A stretch of DNA of 24,229 nucleotides from Candidatus Woesearchaeota archaeon (GTDB lineage Archaea > Nanobdellota > Nanobdellia > Pacearchaeales > GW2011-AR1): the NCBI GenBank assembly GCA_964549605.1, contig CAZJVQ010000004.1:2965-27193 (forward strand), in the 5' to 3' direction. The position numbers were made by a program, and so were the translations under genes. The notes beneath the pieces are model-generated. The model was given only the letters and a program-made list of their open reading frames with translations, was not told where the DNA came from and searched no databases. Shown piece after piece: positions 8,924 to 16,633 of this stretch; positions within the stretch are counted from its first letter, which is position 1; each line of letters opens with the position of its first letter.

Positions 8924-10555
8924 CTATCCCCTCTCTTCTAAATACTCAGAATAATTCCCTCTAAAACTTGAAATCGTTTTATCTTTAATATTTAAGATTC
9001 TTGTTGCAACATTATCTACAAATGTCCTATCATGAGATACAAAAACAATTGTTCCTTCAAATTCTTTTAGTGCTTTTTCAAGAGATTCAATCAAATAAAT
9101 ATCTAAATTATTTGTGGGCTCATCTAAGATTAGAACATTATTCTTCTCTAGAGTAATCCTTAGAATATTTAATCTTCCTTTTTCTCCTCCAGAAAGATGT
9201 TTTATCTTTTTCTGAAAACTTTCTTTTTCGAAGCCATATTTTAGAAGAATAGAAATTAACTTTTCTTCTTCCTTTCCAGTTTCATTAACAAAAAATTCCA
9301 TAATTGTTTGTTCTCTATCTATGTCCTCAAGTTCTTGATCAAAGTAACCAATTTTAATATCTTCTCTTCTGTATAGGTTCCCACCTGATGGTTGAATTTT
9401 TCCAGTTAACATCTTTAGAAAAGTAGATTTTCCTGTTCCATTTTCCCCAACAATACAAACTTTCTCTCCAAAGTCAATTTCTTGATTTACACTTTTAAAT
9501 AATATTTTTTCAAATTTCTTTTCAACTTCTTCTAATCTAAAAATTGTGCAATTATGTAATCTCTTATTGCTGAAATTAATATTTATATCTTTTAAAAAGT
9601 CAAATGGATTTTCTACATCTTCTAATTTTTCAGCATCTCTTTCAAGTCTATCAGCTAAAATTCTTAATTTTCTGCTTCCTTTTTGCATTGCCCATTGCCT
9701 CTTATCCTTAGCAGACTCAAGCATTTTTTCTTTTCTCCTTACAGTATCAATATACTTTCTCTCTAATATTTTCAAGTAATCTTTTTTTCTTTCTAAATAT
9801 TCTTTAAACTTGTATTTCCATTCTTTTACTTGTTTATTTTCTAAGTCCCAGACTTTTTCTGCAACTTTATTTAAAAAATATCTATCGTGTGAGATAACGA
9901 TTAAGTTTTCAATATTTACATTTATATAACTTTCAAGCCATTCTCTTGTTATTAGATCAAGGTTGTTTGTTGGCTCATCTAACAAATAAAGCTCAGCTTT
10001 CTTAGACAAACATTCTGCCAATCTTAATTTGGTTTTTTGCCCGCCACTAAGATTCTTAATTTTTTGGTTCAGGAGAGTTTTATCCATTCTCAATTCGTTA
10101 AGTATTTCTTTCGTATTTTGTTGTTCGGTATTAAAAGAAGGATCTGTTAAGAGAAGATTATATTCATCCATTAAAGAATTAAATTTATCTTCATCTTCAT
10201 AAATCTCTGGATTTCCGATTTCTTTTTCTAAATCTTTTTTCCTTTCTTCCAATCCATCTTTCTTATCATTTAGATATTCTTCAAATGTTTTATCTAAATT
10301 TGAAAAGTTCTGCTCTTGTTCCATTAAACTTATTTTTATTTCAGAAACAAGAATTCTTCCATTAAAACTTTCTTTTCCAGCTAAACAGTTAAAAAAAGTT
10401 GTTTTTCCTGAGCCATTTTTTCCAACAAAAGCGATTTTGTCTTTTGAATGAATAACTAAATTAATATTTTCAAACAAATTTTCTCTTTCAAACCCTTTAG
10501 ATAAATCTTGTATAGAAATCATGGTGTCTTTAGAAGAATTTAATCTATTTTGCAT
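8924..10555 (-). CDS. ABC-F family ribosome-associated ATPase (two NBDs, no TM domain)
   Basis: Walker A GKNGSGKTT and GENGTGKST, LSGGQK and LSGGEK, two DEPTNNLD, two SHDR, an arm insertion in NBD1 and a charged helical inter-NBD linker. Start set at ATG 10555 after a GGGGGAGGG SD. Alternatives are ATG 10522 or the ORF-track TTG at 10603. Confidence 0.9.
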   Translation of the reverse strand: MQNRLNSSKDTMISIQDLSKGFERENLFENINLVIHSKDKIAFVGKNGSGKTTFFNCLAGKESFNGRILVSEIKISLMEQEQNFSNLDKTFEEYLNDKKDGLEERKKDLEKEIGNPEIYEDEDKFNSLMDEYNLLLTDPSFNTEQQNTKEILNELRMDKTLLNQKIKNLSGGQKTKLRLAECLSKKAELYLLDEPTNNLDLITREWLESYINVNIENLIVISHDRYFLNKVAEKVWDLENKQVKEWKYKFKEYLERKKDYLKILERKYIDTVRRKEKMLESAKDKRQWAMQKGSRKLRILADRLERDAEKLEDVENPFDFLKDININFSNKRLHNCTIFRLEEVEKKFEKILFKSVNQEIDFGEKVCIVGENGTGKSTFLKMLTGKIQPSGGNLYRREDIKIGYFDQELEDIDREQTIMEFFVNETGKEEEKLISILLKYGFEKESFQKKIKHLSGGEKGRLNILRITLEKNNVLILDEPTNNLDIYLIESLEKALKEFEGTIVFVSHDRTFVDNVATRILNIKDKTISSFRGNYSEYLEERG

Positions 10556-10581
10556 AGCCCTCCCCCTATGAATTAAAGAAT

Positions 10582-10656
10582 TCATGCACAAAATATTCGA
10601 CAAGCACAGCTAAACTTAAAGAAATTCTCTACTATTTTATTTTCTTCGCTTGTCAT
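10582..10656 (-). CDS. Putative leader peptide upstream of ABC-F, 24 aa (MTSEENKIVENFFKFSCACRIFCA)
   Basis: Manual translation. TTTTTAAG box (10685-10678) lies 21 nt upstream, the same box and spacing as at the 17119 gene. Confidence 0.4.
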   Translation of the reverse strand: MTSEENKIVENFFKFSCACRIFCA

Positions 10657-10764
10657 GTTAAATAAATTTAATTTAAACTTAAAAATCTATCGGTTTTCCA
10701 TCATACTTTTTACTCATATTCTTGTTTTCAATACTTTTATATATCGGATCTGCTTATGGATTTC

Positions 10765-10863
10765 ATGAAAGATCGGATTGGTGCAGACAATTCAGTATTG
10801 AATCCTCAGCCATTTTACTACGATCTTGATGACAATGATGATGAAGATGAAGACGATGAATAA
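10765..10863 (+). CDS. Small protein with an Asp/Glu tail, 32 aa (MKDRIGADNSVLNPQPFYYDLDDNDDEDEDDE)
   Basis: Manual translation (a second in-frame ATG is at 10756). TTTTATAT box 22 nt before ATG 10765 and a T-rich tract after the stop. Confidence 0.5.
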   Translation: MKDRIGADNSVLNPQPFYYDLDDNDDEDEDDE

Positions 10864-10901
10864 TCTTTCTTTTTATTAAAAACAAAAATAAGAATTTAAA
10901 G

Positions 10902-11285
10902 TTATTTGTTTTTGTAGCTTTCGATAACTGTTTCTAGTTGGTTTAGATTGAGTTCCCTCGTAACATCTAAAGTTCCAAAAGATCTTTCTTTCTGTAGTCT
11001 TTTATAAACATCTAATCCTTCCAAGAAATCTACTATTCCATTTCCATCAGTATCTGCTAAACCATTTTGACCAAACAACTGATTATATCTTTTAGAATAA
11101 AGTTTCTCTTCAACTATTCTTTTCTCACTCAATCTTTGTCCAAGTTTTGCTCTAGATTCTGAGCTAAATGGATTAAAGAAACCTCCTTGATAAGCCAATC
11201 CAAGATATGCTCCAGATAAATTAAGGGCGGTTAATAAAGCAAAAGGTATTCCAAATCTTTTCAAATAAGATTTTTTAGATTTCAT
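10902..11285 (-). CDS. Membrane-anchored protein with an EF-hand-like Ca-binding loop
   Basis: N-terminal hydrophobic helix and the 12-residue loop DTDGNGIVDFLE. ATGA overlap with the upstream ORF. Confidence 0.7.
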   Translation of the reverse strand: MKSKKSYLKRFGIPFALLTALNLSGAYLGLAYQGGFFNPFSSESRAKLGQRLSEKRIVEEKLYSKRYNQLFGQNGLADTDGNGIVDFLEGLDVYKRLQKERSFGTLDVTRELNLNQLETVIESYKNK

Positions 11286-11797
11286 TTTCCTTTACCATTT
11301 AAATTTAAGAATTGCAAAGCGAGATCCCTAAATTTACCCCAATCATTTGTTCTATGTGTCTTAGAATCTTTCTTATTAAGCCTATCAACTTCCCATTTTC
11401 TAAATTTTTTACGTGGATCGTATTTTTCAATATCCTCCAATCCAATTGTATTAATGATCCTGTCAGGACTTCCAAAATATGAGCCGTCATCAAAAATGTA
11501 GGGATTTGATTTACACAGTTCTTGATCTTTTTTCAAAAAAGTTCCAAGATAAAGATCCTCAAAAGAATTTCTATTATGCTTTAAGTTTTTACTTACATAA
11601 AGTATTTTGGGCCTTTCATCATTCCCTTCTAACCTTATAACAGTTCCAGTTCTCCAGCTCTTTAATGCTAAAGTTCTAACTACTGCTGTCAAAGGGTTGT
11701 ATCTGTCTCCAACTTCAAATATAGCCAGACCATTCCCATTATTTTCTTTCCATCCATTCTCATTTCTTTCCATTATTGGATAAATTCCGTTTCTCAT
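11282..11797 (-). CDS. Hypothetical protein, 171 aa
   Basis: ORF track. Coupled to the next gene by a 4-nt overlap. No motif recognised. Confidence 0.7.
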   Translation of the reverse strand: MRNGIYPIMERNENGWKENNGNGLAIFEVGDRYNPLTAVVRTLALKSWRTGTVIRLEGNDERPKILYVSKNLKHNRNSFEDLYLGTFLKKDQELCKSNPYIFDDGSYFGSPDRIINTIGLEDIEKYDPRKKFRKWEVDRLNKKDSKTHRTNDWGKFRDLALQFLNLNGKGK

Positions 11798-11947
11798 TTT
11801 ATTTTTTATAGTTTTTAATTACTATAGAATAGTGCTAGTAGAATATTTAGAACCTACCCTCTCAAATTCCTAAAAAACTAAAAAATCATTAACTAAAAAT
11901 TTAGTTTATCTAAAAAATGTAAAATTCGCCAAAACAAGAATAGAAGC

Positions 11948-12235
11948 TTATTTTCCAATACCATCAATCAGCTTTCTTGGAACTTTTATCAAAACTTCGC
12001 CTTCTCCAATCTTCTTTGCAAGCCCTGCATCTTCAGGATTTATTTGCGTTCCAATGATGAAATAGGAACTTTCTTCACTTCCTTTTCCAGCATATATTCC
12101 GGGGCACACAGGCAAAGGGGAACAACGCATAGATTCAGGAGTTATTTCCTCAACTTCATAAATTGCAGGACATGCACCAAATGCACATTGCATTTCTTTT
12201 GTAGTTATCTCTTTCAGTTTGTAGTTGGTTTTCAT
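11948..12235 (-). CDS. Small Cys-motif protein with an internal tandem duplication, 95 aa
   Basis: Two copies of EIT-x3-M-x-C-x4/5-CP-x-IY (residues 9-27 and 30-49). Confidence 0.75.
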   Translation of the reverse strand: MKTNYKLKEITTKEMQCAFGACPAIYEVEEITPESMRCSPLPVCPGIYAGKGSEESSYFIIGTQINPEDAGLAKKIGEGEVLIKVPRKLIDGIGK

Positions 12236-12358
12236 GCTTTGATTATGCCTCAGAAATACATAAATTTTACTTCTTAGTTTTACGCAGATAATAAAGATTA
12301 TGGAGATATTTTTTTATTAAATAGATAAATTTAAATATTCTTTATATCTGAATAATAA

Positions 12359-13321
12359 ATGGAACTAAAACCGCAGGATGCAAAACTTTTGAGTTATTTG
12401 TATCATCATGCTAGAGAACCTTCGACAAAGATAGCTAAAGCTTTACATTTGACTAGGGAACAAGTAGATTACAAAATAAAAAAATTTATGTCTGAAGGAG
12501 TAATTAAACGGTTTACAACTTTATTTGATTATAGTGCTCTAGGATATAGAAAACATTATGCTTTGCTTCTTAAATTTTCAAAACCAATTTATGCAAAAGA
12601 TTTTTTTAATAAAGAAAGAAAAGATAAAAATCTGTTAGACATAGCATTTACTTCAAATAAATATGATCTTCTAATGGAAGTATTTTTCAAAAATGAAAAA
12701 GAATTCAGGGAATACTTGAATAAATTATTAGATGAACAAAAGGAAAGAATCTCCGATCATTTTATTTTTGATCCTTATTATTCTAAAATTTGGCCGTTGA
12801 AGTTCCTCAAGGGAGAAAAGGAACAAGGAGTTCCGTTCACAACTGAATCTAAAGAAATTTCTCTGGACAAACAGGAAATTGAAATTTTGAAAATGCTTGC
12901 GGAAGACGGGAGAGAAAGAATTGTTGAGATTGCCCATAAATTGAAAATGTCTCCTGAACTTGCTTTGTATAAAATAAAAAAACTCCATGAAAAAGATGTT
13001 GTTTTAAGTTCTGCAATAATTTTTGATATGGAGAAATTAGGATATTTTCTTTCAACGATTTTAATTAATATACAAAATCTTTCAAAAGAAAACGAGAAAA
13101 AAATGAAAGATTTTGCGGAAAAAAATGAACATGTTAGAAGTATTGTTTTATCAATGTCAAAACCAAATTGTTTTGTTCAATTATTTCATAAAGAGCACAA
13201 GAATTTCATAAAAACTATAGATGAATTAAAAGAATTATTCAAGAACGATTTTATTGATATAGAAGTTTTATTTGTGAAATATCCTGAAAAAGAGAAAATT
13301 AACACTTTGCCTTTTCTTTAG
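12359..13321 (+). CDS. Lrp/AsnC family transcriptional regulator, tandem-duplicated
   Basis: Two HTH-plus-RAM units: LYHHAREPSTKIAKALHLTREQVDYKIKK and LAEDGRERIVEIAHKLKMSPELALYKIKKL, each followed by FD(Y/M)-x-x-LGY. Confidence 0.92.
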   Translation: MELKPQDAKLLSYLYHHAREPSTKIAKALHLTREQVDYKIKKFMSEGVIKRFTTLFDYSALGYRKHYALLLKFSKPIYAKDFFNKERKDKNLLDIAFTSNKYDLLMEVFFKNEKEFREYLNKLLDEQKERISDHFIFDPYYSKIWPLKFLKGEKEQGVPFTTESKEISLDKQEIEILKMLAEDGRERIVEIAHKLKMSPELALYKIKKLHEKDVVLSSAIIFDMEKLGYFLSTILINIQNLSKENEKKMKDFAEKNEHVRSIVLSMSKPNCFVQLFHKEHKNFIKTIDELKELFKNDFIDIEVLFVKYPEKEKINTLPFL

Positions 13322-13387
13322 ATATATCATTACTTTCTAGTAGTAACAAATAGTAGGTTTTATAAAGAAATTAACCTTCTATAATTT

Positions 13388-14011
13388 ATGAAAAAAGGAT
13401 TGAAAAAAGGGATTAGTAATGTTGGAAAAAGCTTAGCCATTTTAGCAACTCCGTTAATTATGGCAAATTGTAGTGGTAATTCTGATGGATTAAAATTTGT
13501 AGCTGGAGGCGTAACTGGTTTGGCGATTCATGAAGGATCCCATTATGCCGCTGGAAAAATGACTGGAATGGGCCCTGAATATGATGTTAGAGAACCTTTT
13601 CAAACTACTATGAATAATTATCATGACAAAAAAACTGGCGAAAAAGCATTTGTTTCTGGAGCAGGATTAGTGAGTCAGACAATTGCAACAGAAGTAGTTC
13701 TTAATTCTGAAGGCATTTCAAAAAACGATCCTTATACATTAGGACTTTTAACTTTTAATATTGGAAATAGTATAAAGAATGCAATTTTTCCTGATTTTTG
13801 GGGCGATGGGAACGGTGATGTTGATAATTTAGATGAAAACGGGATAGATAAAAAATTTGTTCAAGCTGCATTATTGGCCCATTCTGCAACTGCTATTTAC
13901 AGATTATGGAATAATAATGAAAAGCTTAGGGAAAAAGTTACTAAGCCATGGAATCTTCTCTTCCGTTCAAAGGAAGATGGTTTAGAAGCGACTGTAAAAT
14001 ATAAGTTCTAG
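13388..14011 (+). CDS. Secreted or lipoprotein-like protein with an HExxH motif
   Basis: Basic N-terminus and hydrophobic stretch ending in ANC, LAIHEGSHY motif, further hydrophobic helices, C-terminus ATVKYKF. TTTTATAAA box 21 nt upstream. Confidence 0.72.
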   Translation: MKKGLKKGISNVGKSLAILATPLIMANCSGNSDGLKFVAGGVTGLAIHEGSHYAAGKMTGMGPEYDVREPFQTTMNNYHDKKTGEKAFVSGAGLVSQTIATEVVLNSEGISKNDPYTLGLLTFNIGNSIKNAIFPDFWGDGNGDVDNLDENGIDKKFVQAALLAHSATAIYRLWNNNEKLREKVTKPWNLLFRSKEDGLEATVKYKF

Positions 14012-14055
14012 TAATTTAGCAATCTTTTTAAGCAGAATTCTACTCATTTTTTCAA

Positions 14056-14139
14056 GCGAGGGTGCCGGAGTGGTCAAACGGGCTGGACTTAAGATCCAGT
14101 AGCTTAGTGCTTACGCAGGTTCGAACCCTGTCCCTCGCA
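14056..14139 (+). tRNA. tRNA-Leu, anticodon TAA (CCA not encoded, no intron)
   Basis: Acceptor stem GCGAGGG/CCCTCGC plus discriminator A; D arm with GGAGTGGTCAAAC; anticodon arm CTGGA-CTTAAGA-TCCAG; long variable arm; T arm GCAGG-TTCGAAC-CCTGT. Confidence 0.97.
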
Positions 14140-14192
14140 TATATTCTTTGAAAACCAATAATCCATTTAAACTAGAAAATCTGCTTGGGAAT

Positions 14193-14630
14193 ATGAAACA
14201 ATTGGAGTTAGATAAAAAAATTGCTGAAATACGAAAACAGATTGAGAAAAGTAACTTAGTTGATATGTGTGAAGAGATCTCATTACTTGGAGAAGCTACT
14301 ACAATGAATCATAGGGATGCTAGCACACACTCAATATGGGAATACTCTGGGGAGAATATTCAAGTATTTTATGAAAATGGTAGATACCACTTCGGAAATG
14401 GGAAAGAACTAAAAGTAAGTTATGAAAATAAACTTGTTTTCCATGTTGTTGACAGTCAGGCATATAAAGATTTCGTAACAAACTGTCCATTTATAGAACT
14501 TAAGGATGGAGGCATAGTTCTAGAGTATCAAGCTGGACTTTGGGAACAAGAAATAAGAGAAGCATTGAAAGAAGTTTCAAATGCAGAACTAGATAGATAT
14601 TCTAAGAATTTCGGCGTGTCTGTTGAATGA
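14193..14630 (+). CDS. Hypothetical protein, about 145 aa
   Basis: ORF track starts at TTG 14148; ATG 14193 is preferred. ATGA overlap with the nuclease gene. Confidence 0.68.
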   Translation: MKQLELDKKIAEIRKQIEKSNLVDMCEEISLLGEATTMNHRDASTHSIWEYSGENIQVFYENGRYHFGNGKELKVSYENKLVFHVVDSQAYKDFVTNCPFIELKDGGIVLEYQAGLWEQEIREALKEVSNAELDRYSKNFGVSVE

Positions 14631-15406
14631 AAAAAGAATTTTATATTTTAATTGGAATCTTTCTTTTAATTTTCACATTGAATTATTCTTTTCTTGATGG
14701 ATTGGTTGTTGATTTTTTTACTGATTCAGAATCAATTTATGTGAAAAGAGTTATTGACGGGGATACGATTGTTGCGGGAAATCAAACAATAAGAATGCTT
14801 GGAATGAATACTCCTGAAAAAGGTGAAAAGTATTATTCTGAAGCAAAGGAATTTTTAGAAAATAAGATTCTTGGAGAAAAGATTTCGTTGGTTTTTGGCA
14901 AGGAAAAAACTGACAGATATGGAAGAACCTTGGCTTATGTATTTCTTAATGGGAAAAATATTAATTTAGAACTTGTTGAAAATGGTTTTGCGAATTATTA
15001 TTTTCCTTCTGGAAAAAACAAAAATTATTTGGATTTTAAAGATGCTTGGAATGAATGTATTGAAAAAGAAATTAATTTATGTGAGCCTTCTGAAAATAAA
15101 TGCGGAGGTTGTGTTGTTTTAGAAGAATTGAATCTTGGTTCTCAAGAAATGATTTTTTACAATCAATGTGATTTTTCTTGTGATTTGACAAATTGGGAAA
15201 TTAAAGATGAAGGAAGGAAAAAATTTGTTTTTCCTAAGTTTGTTTTGGATTCAAAAAAAGAAATTACTGTAAAAGTTAGTGAAGAAAAAGTTGAAAATAC
15301 TAGGGTTTTGACTTGGGAAAGAAAAACTTATGTTTGGACGAAAACTGGGGACACTTTATTTTTAAGAGATTCTGATGGAAAATTGGTTCTTTGGAAAGGT
15401 TATTAA
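14627..15406 (+). CDS. Membrane-anchored thermonuclease (SNase family) fused to a lamin-tail-like domain
   Basis: N-terminal TM helix; VIDGDT, IRMLGMNTPE, DRYGRTLAYV and NLELVENGFA; C-terminal DLTNWEIKD...VWTKTGDTLFLRD typical of LTD. Confidence 0.9.
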   Translation: MKKEFYILIGIFLLIFTLNYSFLDGLVVDFFTDSESIYVKRVIDGDTIVAGNQTIRMLGMNTPEKGEKYYSEAKEFLENKILGEKISLVFGKEKTDRYGRTLAYVFLNGKNINLELVENGFANYYFPSGKNKNYLDFKDAWNECIEKEINLCEPSENKCGGCVVLEELNLGSQEMIFYNQCDFSCDLTNWEIKDEGRKKFVFPKFVLDSKKEITVKVSEEKVENTRVLTWERKTYVWTKTGDTLFLRDSDGKLVLWKGY

Positions 15407-15419
15407 ATAGTAAATATTC

Positions 15420-15746
15420 ATGAAAATTATGGATTACGAAGAAAGAAATAAAAAATTTTACAGCGAAATAGAAACCTTCAAAACAGAGATTGAGGGGTTA
15501 GCAAAAATTTCTGATGAAGATAGAAACAGACTATATGGATTGGTTAATGAAACTGTCCAAAGACATGGGGAAAATCAAGAAATATTTAAAAAAGGAATAA
15601 TTGCAGCTGGAGAATTGGCAAAAAGAGAATGGGAACTATCCCAAACACTTCAATCCATTTCTAAAAGATCTAAAGAGGTTTTGAATCAATTAGAAGGTGT
15701 TTTAGGAGTTGTAGAGCAAAAAACATCCAATAGACCTTTAAATTAA
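15420..15746 (+). CDS. Hypothetical helical / coiled-coil protein, 108 aa
   Basis: ORF track. Charged heptad-like sequence. Confidence 0.68.
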   Translation: MKIMDYEERNKKFYSEIETFKTEIEGLAKISDEDRNRLYGLVNETVQRHGENQEIFKKGIIAAGELAKREWELSQTLQSISKRSKEVLNQLEGVLGVVEQKTSNRPLN

Positions 15747-15754
15747 CTTAACAT

Positions 15755-16588
15755 CTATTTTTCTTCTGTTAAATCGTATGCTTCTTTTTCAAGTGGCCTA
15801 TCCCTATATTCCATAAATGCTTGAGGAGTTGCAAGTGCTACAAGTCCAACTACTTTAGGAGTGTAAACCCATTCTGGCATACCCTTTCCTGTTTCTTTTA
15901 GAATAACCTGTCCAAGTGGGCTTGAAGAAGAATATTGATGTGTGTGAATTAATTCGTGAGAGATTGTTTTTTCCTTTACGTCTTTTTCTGCCGCAACTAC
16001 ATTCGTGATTGTCAAACCAACCGTTGTATCTGGAAGTTTTGCTATAGGACTTTGTTCTATTTTTTCAGCAGTAAAATAGGGTGTCCCATATTTTAATGAT
16101 TTTTTTGTATCAAAATCATATCCTTCATTATTATACCAAGCCATTGCTGCAGCGCTTTCTGGAAGGAAATAAGATTCTAATCCTTTTTCCTTGCTCCATT
16201 CAACGTAAAGTGGGCCGTAATCCATTCCAATAGAATCGAGCATTCCTTTTCCTTGTGCGACGTTATTAGAAATTGAAGTTCCAACTGCATTTGTCAATTT
16301 GGCTGGCCATGCCTTGTCTAAATCTTGTGCAACCATACATTTTCCAACTCCTTGAATCATACCTCCGGCCATTGATTTATAGAAGCTTTTCCAGAAAGAT
16401 TCTCCATTTTGAGCTCCACCAATGCCCCCAACTACACCTTGAAATAATCCATTAATTGCCACATTGTTCTTACATTCTTCTTCACTATATGCTTTTACTT
16501 GACTTGGATTTGAGAATAATATGGATCCAGCAATTGCAGTTCCCACTAATAGATTCTTAGGTTTCAGTAAATTTTTTAGTCTTTTCAT
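15755..16588 (-). CDS. Secreted zincin-like metalloprotease (HExxH plus distal Glu)
   Basis: Signal peptide ending near VKA, Gly-rich helices, motif TISHELIHTHQY and a downstream RPLEKEAY. Confidence 0.75.
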   Translation of the reverse strand: MKRLKNLLKPKNLLVGTAIAGSILFSNPSQVKAYSEEECKNNVAINGLFQGVVGGIGGAQNGESFWKSFYKSMAGGMIQGVGKCMVAQDLDKAWPAKLTNAVGTSISNNVAQGKGMLDSIGMDYGPLYVEWSKEKGLESYFLPESAAAMAWYNNEGYDFDTKKSLKYGTPYFTAEKIEQSPIAKLPDTTVGLTITNVVAAEKDVKEKTISHELIHTHQYSSSSPLGQVILKETGKGMPEWVYTPKVVGLVALATPQAFMEYRDRPLEKEAYDLTEEK

Positions 16589-16633
16589 CGTGAATTAGGG
16601 GTGACAAAATGACTTAAAAACCTTACTATTAGC

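Noticed and set aside
2011-9779. Short ORFs at 2011, 4110, 5390, 6112, 6621, 7193 and 9546
   Set aside because: All lie antisense within confident genes and show no coding features.
11800-11947. Repeated CTAAAAA tracts and the inverted repeat AACTAAA-AA-TTTAGTT (11901-11916) as a regulatory array, origin or CRISPR remnant
   Set aside because: Low-complexity AT sequence with no regular spacer period. It is more simply read as minus-strand U-rich terminators.
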